A stretch of 63,698 bases of DNA from Actinomycetota bacterium. Lineage in GTDB: Bacteria > Actinomycetota > CADDZG01 > JAHWKV01. Positions 41,437 to 51,266 of this stretch are shown here, one piece after another. The stretch lies in NCBI GenBank assembly GCA_046262935.1, contig JBHELT010000018.1, forward strand, positions 1-63,698, in the 5' to 3' direction. The position numbers and the translations under genes were made by a program. How positions within the stretch are numbered: the first letter of the stretch is position 1; every line of letters begins with the position of its first letter. Below the pieces are notes generated by a model. That model was not told where the DNA came from and did no database searches. It saw only the letters and a list, made by a program, of their open reading frames with translations.

Positions 41437-44102
41437 GACTTGGCTTCGGCCCAGTTGGGGCCGGAGTGCAGGTCGACATCCATAGGGACGTCCAACTCGA
41501 TCGCGTGCTCCATAGCCTCGCGGATGACTGCCGAAACGGGTGCGACATCTTGCTCGGGCACCTCGAAAACCAATTCGTCGTGAACCGTCAGAACCATGCG
41601 CGATGCGCTGCCGGCCTCGGCCTTAACGGCCTTACTCGCCCTAACCATGGCTAATTTGATGATGTCAGCTGCGGATCCTTGGATGGGCGCGTTCAAGGCT
41701 TGTCGTTCGCCGAGGCTTCTCACTCGGGGGTTGCGGCTGCCCAACTCCGGAACATAACGCCGTCGGCCAAGCATCGTGGTTGTGAATCCATCGACCGTTG
41801 CCTGCTCGATGACTTGATCGAGATAAGTCCTAACACCCGGGTACGATCCGAAAAATCCCTCGATGTAGGTGCGGGCCTGATCGACGGGGATCCTCAGCCG
41901 CTGCGACAAACCGAACGCGCCCATGCCATATGTGACCCCGTACGAAACCATCTTTCCAATGCTCCTAAGCTGTGGAGTGACTTCGCTCGTGTCTATGCCA
42001 AGGGCCTTGGCGATGGAAAGTTTATGAATGTCATCGCCCCGCCGAAACGCCCCAACGAGTTCTTCGTCCTTAGAAAGATGCGCCAGGATGCGCAGTTCGA
42101 TCTGGGAGTAATCGGCGACGATCAATACATGACCTGGCTCGGTGATGAAAGCTCTGCGTATCCGTAGACCTTCCTCGGTTCGGATTGGGATGTTCTGAAG
42201 ATTAGGTCTTTCAGAAGAAAGCCTGCCTGTGGCCGCGACCGTCTGATTGAAACGACAGTGGATGCGATCGGTCTTAGGGTCAGCCAGTGGTGGGAGGGCA
42301 TCGAGGTATGTCGATTTGAGCTTGGCCTTCTCGCGATGACGCAGGATCAACTCGACGACTGGATGTGCTTCACGCAAGGTTTCGAGGACACTGGCATCGG
42401 TAGAGAATTTGCCTGTCGAGGTCTTCTTCGAAGCCTTCAACCCAAGTTTGTCGTACAAGATCCGGCTGAGGTCACGGGTTGAGCCGATGTTGAAGCTCTC
42501 TCCAGCAGCAAGGTAGATCTGGGTTTCGATCGCCTGAAGTTCCTCGGCGGTTTCCTTGGACAGCCTCTTCAAGTAATCGACGTCGATCTTGACTCCATGC
42601 GATTCGACCTCGGCCAACACGGCAGCAAGAGGAAGCTCCAAGTCGTAGAACAGATCACTGGCGCCGCGCTTTTTGAGTTCATCGCCAAGCACATCGGCTA
42701 GCTCCGCTATGGCAAGCACTTGCAGTCCGTAGGTCGGCTCTTTCGTTTCATCATCGAGCAGGAGTTGCTGCTGGTCTGCTTCTGCATCGCTGCCTTGTTC
42801 CTCGTCTGGCCCGTCTAGCCGCAGTTCCTTACCAAGATGATGTCTGGCTAGTTCGTCCAACGCATATGACCCGCGCGCCGGCTCAACCAGGTAAGCCGCG
42901 ATCTCGGTGTCCATCTCGAAAGGCAATGGCTCGATGTTCATCGCCAGTAGAGATTCGATGGCGAGTTTGGAACCGTGGGTGATGATGCGTTTGCTCGATA
43001 ACAACTCACGGAATCGTTCGATGAATGGTTCTTCAGCCACCCATGCGGTATCGCCCACAGCGAATGCGATCGCCTTAGGCCTTCCTTCACCCACGAAGCG
43101 AGCAGTTAATCGATCGAGTTTGTCGAGGGTCGCTATGAACGCGTCGATGTTCGATTCATCGACATATATGACCTGAGCTTCGAAACCTTCTACCGCTTCG
43201 AGAGCTTCCGGCCTATCCGCAGCGAGGCGGTCGTAGAGAACGCGGAACTCGAGCGCATCGAACAGTTTGCGGATCTCGGTGAAGTCCCAATCGCCCATCT
43301 TGAGGCCCCCGAGGTCGATGTCGAACAGTTCAACATCGGTGCCGTGCGTCTTGAGGGCATCGATGTCCCTGAACCTGAAGAACTCACGGTTCTCGAGCAA
43401 TCGCTGTTGCGCCTCAGCGAGGTTGGCTCTCAGTTTAGGTGTGGCCTCATCGAGATGAGCGAACACCTCTTCAAGCGTTCCGTAAGTTTGGATGAGTTTG
43501 GCCGCGGTTTTCTCGCCAACTCCCGGTACCCCTTGGATGTTGTCGGAGGGGTCCCCTCGCAGAGCCGCATACTCAAGGTACCTTTCGGGGGGGAACCCAT
43601 ACCTTTCGACGACGGCGGCCTCATCGTAGATAACGGTCTCGGAGATTCCTCGCTTGTTCATCATCAACTTGATGCGAGGGCCAACCATTTGAAAGTAGTC
43701 ACGATCGGCCGTCACGATGATCACCTCGGCCCCCTCGCCGGCGGCCTTGGTTCCGAGGATGTAGATGATGTCGTCGGCTTCGACGTTGGGGACCTCGAAT
43801 ACAGGGATGTGCAGGACCTCTAGCACTTCCCGGATGAGGCCCACCTGCTGGCGAAACTCATCGGGGGCCGATGTGCGCTGCTCCTTGTATTCAGGCCGGA
43901 TGGCGAGGCGTTCTAACGGTCTTCCCTTGTCGAATGCGACGGCGATGTGATCGGTCTTGTGGTCTTGAAGGGCCTTGATGAGCATCCCCGTGAATCCATA
44001 AACAGCATTAGTCACCTGCCCACTAGACGTCCTTAGATCCGGCGGGAGGGCATAGAAGGCGCGGTACGCGAGCGAGTGACCGTCGATCAAAAGGACCTTC
44101 AT
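41433..44102 (-). CDS. polA: DNA polymerase I
   Basis: IDGHSLAYRA, GRLSS..PNLQNIP, ADYSQIELR, VHDEL. Confidence 0.98.
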   Translation of the reverse strand: MKVLLIDGHSLAYRAFYALPPDLRTSSGQVTNAVYGFTGMLIKALQDHKTDHIAVAFDKGRPLERLAIRPEYKEQRTSAPDEFRQQVGLIREVLEVLHIPVFEVPNVEADDIIYILGTKAAGEGAEVIIVTADRDYFQMVGPRIKLMMNKRGISETVIYDEAAVVERYGFPPERYLEYAALRGDPSDNIQGVPGVGEKTAAKLIQTYGTLEEVFAHLDEATPKLRANLAEAQQRLLENREFFRFRDIDALKTHGTDVELFDIDLGGLKMGDWDFTEIRKLFDALEFRVLYDRLAADRPEALEAVEGFEAQVIYVDESNIDAFIATLDKLDRLTARFVGEGRPKAIAFAVGDTAWVAEEPFIERFRELLSSKRIITHGSKLAIESLLAMNIEPLPFEMDTEIAAYLVEPARGSYALDELARHHLGKELRLDGPDEEQGSDAEADQQQLLLDDETKEPTYGLQVLAIAELADVLGDELKKRGASDLFYDLELPLAAVLAEVESHGVKIDVDYLKRLSKETAEELQAIETQIYLAAGESFNIGSTRDLSRILYDKLGLKASKKTSTGKFSTDASVLETLREAHPVVELILRHREKAKLKSTYLDALPPLADPKTDRIHCRFNQTVAATGRLSSERPNLQNIPIRTEEGLRIRRAFITEPGHVLIVADYSQIELRILAHLSKDEELVGAFRRGDDIHKLSIAKALGIDTSEVTPQLRSIGKMVSYGVTYGMGAFGLSQRLRIPVDQARTYIEGFFGSYPGVRTYLDQVIEQATVDGFTTTMLGRRRYVPELGSRNPRVRSLGERQALNAPIQGSAADIIKLAMVRASKAVKAEAGSASRMVLTVHDELVFEVPEQDVAPVSAVIREAMEHAIELDVPMDVDLHSGPNWAEAKS

Positions 44103-44109
44103 CCTTGGG

Positions 44110-44117
44110 ACTATAGT
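44110..44117. promoter_or_regulatory. Palindromic bidirectional -10 element (ACTATAGT)
   Basis: TATAGT on both strands, 7-8 nt before the divergent polA and DtxR starts. Confidence 0.55.
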
Positions 44118-44125
44118 AGGAACAC

Positions 44126-44794
44126 GTGAACATCCCTCAAGGCGCGCAGGAGTACCTAGAAGCCATCTTCGAGATGGAAGAGGAAGGGGGCCCCATAGCG
44201 CAGGCCCGCATCGCCAAACGGCTGGGCGTTAGCAGGGCGACCGTCTCGGAATACATCAAAAGACTTGAACGAGAGAAGTTCATCGACCTCGACGGCAGAC
44301 ACATCGCGTTGAACTCAACTGGCCGCGACGTTGCCACCCCACTGGTTCGCCGTCACCGTCTGGCTGAGCGATTACTGACTGACATCTTGGAGATCCCTTG
44401 GCATCGGGCTCACGAGATGGCGCACGATTGGGAACACATAATGACGCCGGAGGTAGAAGACAAGATCCTTACTAAAACCGGATCAACCACCTGTCCCCAC
44501 GGCAACCCGATCCCTGGCCAGAAACCGCCATACGACAGAGCCAAGTTGATACCGCTCACTGACCTTGGAGACAAAAACACAGGGACCCTCTGCTTGCTTA
44601 CCGAAGACGTTGAACTGGTAACCGATGTGCTTAGGTATTTCGAGGAGCATGGCCTGATGCCGGGGGCAAGCATCAAGGTTGCCTCTGTTGCGCCCGACGG
44701 CACCTTGATGCTCGAAGTCGACGGCAAGCCCGCCTCGCTCGGTGCCTCGCTCGCCGACAACGTCTGGGTCATGCCCGGGGGTTCGGGGGCGTAG
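44126..44794 (+). CDS. DtxR/IdeR family metal-dependent repressor
   Basis: EYLEAI, RRHRLAERLL, WEH, TCPHGNPIP, FeoA-like C-terminus. Confidence 0.93.
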   Translation: MNIPQGAQEYLEAIFEMEEEGGPIAQARIAKRLGVSRATVSEYIKRLEREKFIDLDGRHIALNSTGRDVATPLVRRHRLAERLLTDILEIPWHRAHEMAHDWEHIMTPEVEDKILTKTGSTTCPHGNPIPGQKPPYDRAKLIPLTDLGDKNTGTLCLLTEDVELVTDVLRYFEEHGLMPGASIKVASVAPDGTLMLEVDGKPASLGASLADNVWVMPGGSGA

Positions 44795-44926
44795 CAGCCA
44801 CCGTCGGGTTAATTCCATCGTGCGCTAGAAGCTGCGAAGCCCCCGAGATCAAACCGGGTTCGGGGGCGTAGCAGCCACCGTCCGGTGAAGCCCATCGTGC
44901 GCTAGAAGCTGCGAAGCCCCGAGATC
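44779..44926. repeat. Two tandem ~72-bp palindromic REP-like units (period 77)
   Basis: 44779-44850 and 44856-44926 are near identical; each has arms TCGGGGGCGTAGCAGC and GCTGCGAAGCCCC(C)GA. Confidence 0.85.
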
Positions 44927-44962
44927 CAGTAGATTCTGTTTCTCAGGCACGAATTATGTCTA

Positions 44963-45016
44963 TTGACAGGGCCAAGTGAGGCAACTTAGGCTACCCTAAG
45001 TGTTAGGCAGACCTTA
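44963..45016 (+). promoter_or_regulatory. Promoter with tandem DtxR-family operator boxes
   Basis: TTGACA-18-TAGGCT; TTAGGCTACCCTAA (44986-44999) and TTAGGCAGACCTTA (45003-45016). Confidence 0.75.
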
Positions 45017-45072
45017 CAAGGGCTCTCAGGCGAAATGAGCGTCCGATGATCAACAGAAGGGTTGTATAGCAG

Positions 45073-45918
45073 GTGCTTCCAGCTTTCCTGATCGCTCTGC
45101 GAGAAGGCCTCGAAGGCGCACTGATAGTGGTCATATTGGCCACATACCTGGTCCGCGTAGGGCGCAAGTCGGAACTCAAAGCCGTTTGGCTGGGGGTCGC
45201 CGCAGCGGTCGCAGGGAGCCTTATAACCGGCATCATCGTCACGGCGGGGGTCGCCCGTCTTCCCGAATGGGCACAGGAAGCATTCACCGGTATCGCGACC
45301 ACCCTTGCGGTAGCGGTTCTCACTTGGATGATCTTCTGGATGCGTCACCATGCTCGCGGACTCAAGTCATCGCTGGAATCTCGCACTGAATCGGCGATGG
45401 AGTCTGGCCAGTCACTCGCATTACCAGTACTGGCCTTCACGTCAGTTGGCCGAGAAGGCCTCGAGACGGTTCTTTTCCTGAGGGCCGCAGTTGCATCGTC
45501 GACCGCTCACCTTGCCTCCCGCGCTGGCGCCACATTGGGGTTGCTCGTGGCAGCGGGGATCGCATATGGCATCTACAAAGGGGGCGTGAAACTCAACCTT
45601 CGCAGTTTCTTCCAGGTGACCGGGGGTCTCATCATCGTTGTTTCCGCTGGTCTTCTTTCCGGAGCCATACAAGCCTTCAATGAAGCTGGCTGGTTCAACG
45701 TACTCACTCAGAGGGCCTGGGACCTCAGCAGTTTGGTTTCTACGCATTCGATCGTTGGCAGCGCGCTGAATGGTCTATTCGGATACGAGCCTAAACCTAG
45801 CGTTTTCCAGGTGATCGCATACTGGGCGTTCCTGGTTCCCGCCGTGTTCGGCTTCTATTTCTGGCCGGTGATCAGAGCAAGAAGGGCTAAATCCCTAGCA
45901 ACCAACTCCGTCGGCTAG
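45073..45918 (+). CDS. efeU: FTR1/EfeU iron permease
   Basis: Two REGLE motifs; MIFWM. Confidence 0.88.
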   Translation: MLPAFLIALREGLEGALIVVILATYLVRVGRKSELKAVWLGVAAAVAGSLITGIIVTAGVARLPEWAQEAFTGIATTLAVAVLTWMIFWMRHHARGLKSSLESRTESAMESGQSLALPVLAFTSVGREGLETVLFLRAAVASSTAHLASRAGATLGLLVAAGIAYGIYKGGVKLNLRSFFQVTGGLIIVVSAGLLSGAIQAFNEAGWFNVLTQRAWDLSSLVSTHSIVGSALNGLFGYEPKPSVFQVIAYWAFLVPAVFGFYFWPVIRARRAKSLATNSVG

Positions 45919-45933
45919 TACAATCACCGACAA

Positions 45934-45947
45934 GAGCAACGGCGCTC
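45934..45947 (+). promoter_or_regulatory. ANTAR-type RNA hairpin overlapping a terminator
   Basis: GAGC-AACGGC-GCTC, hexaloop with A1 and G4. Confidence 0.5.
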
Positions 45948-45968
45948 GCACCAAGCGGGCGCCTTTTT
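45941..45968 (+). terminator. Intrinsic terminator upstream of gltB
   Basis: GGCGCTCGC-ACCAA-GCGGGCGCC-TTTTT. Confidence 0.8.
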
Positions 45969-45998
45969 ATTTCCCGGCTCGGTGCTCTCACCAACCGA

Positions 45999-48900
45999 AT
46001 GAAGGGAATGAACATGTTGCTAGAAGAACGCGATGCATGCGGCATCGGGTTCATCGCCGATAGCCGCGGAAATTCCTCACACCAGATAGTCCAAACGGCC
46101 CTCGATGCATTGTGCGCGGTGAGACACCGTGGCGCGGTTGCGTCGGACTCCAAGACAGGCGACGGCGCTGGCTTGCTGGTTCCCATACCAAACGGCTTAT
46201 TCACAGATCACATCGCTCAGGGCATCGATCCCTCTTTCATCGGTGTGGCGATGGTATTCGTATGGCCAAACGAAGGCGGCGGTATCACCCGATATCGATC
46301 GATCGTCGAAGAGTCGTGCGAAACAGAAGGCATCGCCGTCGTCGGCTGGCGAGAGGTACCGCTCAACCTCGACGCTCTTGGCACGTCAGCTCGTCGGGAA
46401 GCACCAGCGGTAGAACAGGCGATACTCCTCAAGCCCGTGGGAGCCGATCCCCAAGAAGCCGAGCGCAGGTGCATCCGTGCACGCAAACATTCCGAGAAGG
46501 TCTGCGCAGAAGCTGGAGTTAGGATCTACTTCCCTTCATTCTCGTTCCGCACGGTGACGTACAAGGCCCTATGCGTCGCCGATCAATTGAGCAATCTCTA
46601 TCTCGACCTCGCCGATGAGCGATTCATCGCCCCATTCGCGATATTTCATCAGCGGTTCTCAACGAACACCACGCCGAACTGGGAGCGCGCGCAACCATTC
46701 AGAACCCTTTGCCACAACGGCGAGATAAACACCATCCAGGGGAACGTGAATCGGATGCGCGCCCGTGAGGGAAGGCTGGGCAAGCGAAACTTGTTGGAAG
46801 AAGAGTTATTGCGGCCCATCATCGATGAATCTGGATCGGATTCGTCGATGCTCGACAATGTTGTGGAGTTGCTCGCAACTGAGGGCAGGGATATCACGCA
46901 TGTTGTTGCGATGCTCGTTCCGGCGGCGTGGGAGACCCTCCAAGACGTCGATGATGAGCTCCGCGATTTCTATCGCTATCACGCATGCTTGGTGGAGGCA
47001 TGGGACGGCCCCGCAGGACTGGTATTCACCGACGGCGTGCGCGTTGGTGCGGCACTCGATCGAAATGGATTGAGACCCCTGCGCTACCACGTGTGCGAAG
47101 ACGGACTGATCGTTGTTTCTTCAGAGGCTGGTGTCGTGGACCTCGAAGGACACGGGCAGGTAAGACGGGGCAAGATCGGCCCTGGCGGGATGATCTGCGT
47201 CGACCCGGACCGCGGCCTCGACGAGGACCCGATCGCATCGATAGCGAAACAAAAACCATACGGCGAATGGGTTTCGCGATACCTCGAGCCAGCTCCACTG
47301 ACGGAACCCGAGCCAACGGTGCCCGATGACCTCAAAGAAAGGCAGGTGCTATTCGGTTACACGAAAGAGGAATTCACGACGATGATCCGTCCCATGGCCA
47401 CTTCGGGCCACGAACCAACATCGTCGATGGGCGACGACACCGCCCCTGCGATCCTTTCATCGAGGGCCCGGCCGCTGTTCAACTACTTCAAGCAGCGATT
47501 CGCTCAGGTGACCAATCCGCCGATCGACCACGTTCGTGAGCGGTCGGTGATGAGTATAAGAACCCTGATCGGTCCTCACGATCCGATCCTCTGGGAGCGG
47601 CCCGAGGGGGCCGCATTGCTCGAACTCGAAACCTTCTTTCTGTTCAAGCCTTTGGGTGGATACCCGATCGACGCAACCTTCCCCATCGCCGAAGGCGTGC
47701 GAGGACTGAAGGCCGCGATCGAGCGGATAGGCGATGAGAGCGAACAGGCGGCTCGCATCGGAAGCGGGATCCTGGTCATATCGGATCGCGATGTGTCGGC
47801 CGAGCGCGCGCCGATCCCGGTCCTGTTAGCGGTCGGCGCCGTACATCAGCGACTACTAAGGTCCGGGCAGCGAACTCGAACCAGCATCGTTGTGGAAACC
47901 GACGAGGCCAGGGAGGTTCATCACTTCGCCTGCCTTCTGGGTTACGGGGCAGAAGCCATCTGCCCGCGACTGGCGATGGAGTCCATCGCTGCGCTAGTTG
48001 AGAAAGCAAGACTGGGCGAGGACATATCGATCGCCGAAGCACTCATGCGATATCGGTCCGCGATCGAGGAAGGCGTACTGAAAGTGTTGTCGAAGATGGG
48101 GATCTCGACCACCGATTCGTACCGCGGCGCGCAGATCTTCGACGCCATCGGTATCGGCCCGGAGGTGATATCGCTTTGCTTTACTGGTACCTCATCGCCG
48201 CTTGGGGGCATCGGCTTCAACGAGATCGCCGAAGACGTGGTTTCACGACACCTGAGCGCCTTTTCGGTTGAGCCGAAGATGCAGAACCCTGGGTTCTTCA
48301 AACATCACACCCATGGCGAGTATCACGCCACCAACCCTGAAATCATCAAGGCCCTTCAAGCGGCTATCAAAGATGGTCACTGGGATTCCTACCGCAAGTT
48401 CGCGGACCTGATCGAGTCCAGACCAGTCACCGAGCCGCGCGATCTTCTGGTGTTCAGGCCCCTCGGTCCCCCGGTCGCGTTGGATGAAGTCGAATCGATC
48501 GAGTCGATCACCCCGCTCTTCTCCAGCGGTGCCATCAGCCATGGGGCTATCGGGGCCGAGGCTCACGAAACACTCGCCATCGCCATGAACATGATCGGCG
48601 GGAAGGCCAATAGCGGCGAGGGTGGTGAGGACCCGCGGCGTTTTCGCGACGAACGCAATTGCAAGATCAAGCAGATCGCGTCCGGCAGGTTCGGGGTGAC
48701 CCCCGAATACGCAGCACACGCAGAGGAACTCCAGATCAAGATGGCGCAGGGTTCGAAACCCGGCGAAGGCGGTCAGTTGCCTGGTCATAAAGTCACCGCC
48801 GAGATCGCCCGTCTTCGGCATACGCAAGAGGGCGTTGCCCTCATATCTCCCCCACCTCATCACGACATCTATTCGATCGAAGACCTCGCGCAATTGATCT

Positions 48901-50357
48901 TTGATCTGAAGCAGGTGAATCCAACCGCGATGGTATCGGTGAAATTGGTTTCCGAAGCAGGAGTTGGCACCATCGCCGCAGGGGTCGCAAAAGCTTTGGC
49001 GGATGTCGTGCACATCGCAGGCTGGGATGGCGGCACAGGAGCGAGCCCTCTTTCTAGCATCAAGAACGCAGGCTTGCCGTGGGAACTTGGCCTTTCTGAA
49101 ACCCAGCAAACCCTTATGGCCAACGGACTTCGCGATCGCGTGAAACTCAGGGTTGATGGCGGGATGAAATCGGGTCGTGATGTGGTTGTTGCAGCACTAC
49201 TGGGCGCCGATGAATTCTCATTTGGCACTTCGGTGCTGCTGGCAGAGGGATGCATCATGGTGAGGGCTTGCCATCGCGATACGTGTCCTGTTGGGATCGC
49301 GACGCAAAGGCCGGATCTCAGAGCCAAGTTCGCCGGAACACCCGAGATGGTGGCGACCTATCTACGTTTCGTCGCAGAAGAAGTGCGGCGGACCCTCGCA
49401 GGACTTGGCGCCAGATCGTTGTCGGAACTGACCGGACGAACCGACCTGCTAGAGCCTCGCCCGATGGCAGACGATCGAGTGGACCTACTCGACCTCGAAC
49501 CGCTTTACCGCAGGTCGATGGGAAGCTCTTCTTTCGCTCAGCAGAACCCGATCCAGCGAACGCGCTCGACACTCGGCCACAAGATCCACGACGACGGATT
49601 CGACGCGATTGCCAAAGGACGCTTCATCTCACTCGAGTACTGGATCACTAATTCCGATCGTTCGGTGGGCGCGCGACTGGGTGGCGCGATCGCCAAGGTC
49701 CACGGATCCTCCCATCCACCGGGTTCAGCGAGCATCCGGTTCACCGGCAGCGCCGGTCAGAGTTTCGGGGCCTTCACCACCCACGGGATGGAACTGTGGC
49801 TGCAGGGAGAAGCCAACGATTACGTTGGCAAAGCGATGGGCGGGGGCCGCTTGGTCATAGTGCCTGCCTTGAACGATGCTGGAGATCCATTTCTGGCGGG
49901 AAACACGATCTTGTATGGAGCAACCGGTGGCGAACTCTTCATCGCCGGGCGGGTGGGAGAACGTTTCGCAGTGCGATGTTCAGGCGCGGTCGCCGTTGTC
50001 GAAGGCAGTGGCGATCATGCCTGCGAGTACATGACAGGCGGAACGGTTGTCATCTTAGGTTCAACTGGTTGGAACCTTGGCGCCGGGATGACCGGAGGCG
50101 AAGCGTTCGTTTGGGACCCCGAACTCAAACTCCCGGCGAGAGTCAACCCCGAACTCGTTGACATGCAGCGCTTACAAGACCCAGACGAAGCCAAACTCCT
50201 TGAACTGATCGCCACGCATGCAGAACTCACTGCATCCGATCGAGCTTTCGCGATCATCGAGGATTGGCAGAGCGAATCACGCAGGTTCTGGCGTATCGCC
50301 CCGCGTTCGAGTGTGGCTCGGATCGAGAGCGCGCACGAAGGGTCGCGGGCGAAATAG
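45999..50357 (+). CDS. gltB: Glutamate synthase large subunit
   Basis: DACGIGF, HQRFSTNT, HNGEINT, QGSKPGEGGQLPG, C..VRAC..DTC 3Fe-4S motif. Confidence 0.97.
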   Translation: MKGMNMLLEERDACGIGFIADSRGNSSHQIVQTALDALCAVRHRGAVASDSKTGDGAGLLVPIPNGLFTDHIAQGIDPSFIGVAMVFVWPNEGGGITRYRSIVEESCETEGIAVVGWREVPLNLDALGTSARREAPAVEQAILLKPVGADPQEAERRCIRARKHSEKVCAEAGVRIYFPSFSFRTVTYKALCVADQLSNLYLDLADERFIAPFAIFHQRFSTNTTPNWERAQPFRTLCHNGEINTIQGNVNRMRAREGRLGKRNLLEEELLRPIIDESGSDSSMLDNVVELLATEGRDITHVVAMLVPAAWETLQDVDDELRDFYRYHACLVEAWDGPAGLVFTDGVRVGAALDRNGLRPLRYHVCEDGLIVVSSEAGVVDLEGHGQVRRGKIGPGGMICVDPDRGLDEDPIASIAKQKPYGEWVSRYLEPAPLTEPEPTVPDDLKERQVLFGYTKEEFTTMIRPMATSGHEPTSSMGDDTAPAILSSRARPLFNYFKQRFAQVTNPPIDHVRERSVMSIRTLIGPHDPILWERPEGAALLELETFFLFKPLGGYPIDATFPIAEGVRGLKAAIERIGDESEQAARIGSGILVISDRDVSAERAPIPVLLAVGAVHQRLLRSGQRTRTSIVVETDEAREVHHFACLLGYGAEAICPRLAMESIAALVEKARLGEDISIAEALMRYRSAIEEGVLKVLSKMGISTTDSYRGAQIFDAIGIGPEVISLCFTGTSSPLGGIGFNEIAEDVVSRHLSAFSVEPKMQNPGFFKHHTHGEYHATNPEIIKALQAAIKDGHWDSYRKFADLIESRPVTEPRDLLVFRPLGPPVALDEVESIESITPLFSSGAISHGAIGAEAHETLAIAMNMIGGKANSGEGGEDPRRFRDERNCKIKQIASGRFGVTPEYAAHAEELQIKMAQGSKPGEGGQLPGHKVTAEIARLRHTQEGVALISPPPHHDIYSIEDLAQLIFDLKQVNPTAMVSVKLVSEAGVGTIAAGVAKALADVVHIAGWDGGTGASPLSSIKNAGLPWELGLSETQQTLMANGLRDRVKLRVDGGMKSGRDVVVAALLGADEFSFGTSVLLAEGCIMVRACHRDTCPVGIATQRPDLRAKFAGTPEMVATYLRFVAEEVRRTLAGLGARSLSELTGRTDLLEPRPMADDRVDLLDLEPLYRRSMGSSSFAQQNPIQRTRSTLGHKIHDDGFDAIAKGRFISLEYWITNSDRSVGARLGGAIAKVHGSSHPPGSASIRFTGSAGQSFGAFTTHGMELWLQGEANDYVGKAMGGGRLVIVPALNDAGDPFLAGNTILYGATGGELFIAGRVGERFAVRCSGAVAVVEGSGDHACEYMTGGTVVILGSTGWNLGAGMTGGEAFVWDPELKLPARVNPELVDMQRLQDPDEAKLLELIATHAELTASDRAFAIIEDWQSESRRFWRIAPRSSVARIESAHEGSRAK

Positions 50358-50366
50358 ACTCGCACC

Positions 50367-50771
50367 ATGGATGAAGGTTCTTTGGAAGCGATCAAAGCGA
50401 TGGGTCATGGCGCCCTCATGGACCGCATGGGAATCGAATGGGGCGAAGCCAACAAGGACAAACTCATCGCGACCATGCCGGTAGAAGGCAACACACAGCC
50501 TTACGGGATGCTGCATGGTGGAGCATCGGCCGTACTCGCCGAAGGGATGGCTTCGGTTGGTGCATGGCTGAACGCGCCTGACAAGTTGGTCATGGGCATC
50601 GAGATCAAAGTGAACCACCTGCGACCGGTTACCAAGGGCTATGTTACGGGTGTCGCAATACCCATAAGCGTTGGTCGAACCGTTCAGGTTTGGCAGATCA
50701 CGCTAACCAATGACGAAGACAAGCCCAGTGCGTTCGCGGTTTGCACCATAGCGGTGCGCGAAGCTAGTTGA
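50367..50771 (+). CDS. PaaI/hotdog thioesterase
   Basis: QPYGMLHGGAS..LAE. Confidence 0.9.
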   Translation: MDEGSLEAIKAMGHGALMDRMGIEWGEANKDKLIATMPVEGNTQPYGMLHGGASAVLAEGMASVGAWLNAPDKLVMGIEIKVNHLRPVTKGYVTGVAIPISVGRTVQVWQITLTNDEDKPSAFAVCTIAVREAS

Positions 50772-51189
50772 CCTGTTTCGTGTCGGCCTGACGTAAACGC
50801 TGAGCCATGCCCTTCATGATCTTTAGAGCAAGCCCCGGTATCTGTTCGAGCAGTCCATAGAACTCCCTCTGCCCGAGGACAACCAGCGTCATGTCGGTTT
50901 CGGCTATGACGGTCGCGTCCCTGGGGGCCCCGTCGAGCAGAGCCAGCTCTCCGAAGAATCCGCCTGCCCCTAGACTTGCCAGCTTCTTAGTGCCGCGCTT
51001 AACCACTGCTGTTCCTTTTTCCACAACGAAGAACTCCTTGCCTGTTGCCCCTTCTTTGATGAGCACCGTTCCCCCGGGCACATCTACGCGCTCAGCCATC
51101 TTGCCAACCGCGGCAAGGTCCTTCTTGGGCAACGCTTGGAACATCGGAACTTTTGCGAAGTACTCGAGGTACCTATCCTTGTTGTGCAT
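50764..51189 (-). CDS. Cyclic nucleotide-binding domain protein
   Basis: FFGELALLDGAPRDATV; no HTH. Confidence 0.88.
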   Translation of the reverse strand: MHNKDRYLEYFAKVPMFQALPKKDLAAVGKMAERVDVPGGTVLIKEGATGKEFFVVEKGTAVVKRGTKKLASLGAGGFFGELALLDGAPRDATVIAETDMTLVVLGQREFYGLLEQIPGLALKIMKGMAQRLRQADTKQVN

Positions 51190-51266
51190 CTACAGCCCCC
51201 TTCGTCTAGGGTTCGAGTCGTTCAGGGTTCGTCCAGCTAGGGTCCGTCCGGCCGAATCATAAGGAA

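Noticed and set aside
44779-44926. Mini-CRISPR
   Set aside because: Only two long, nearly identical units without a true spacer
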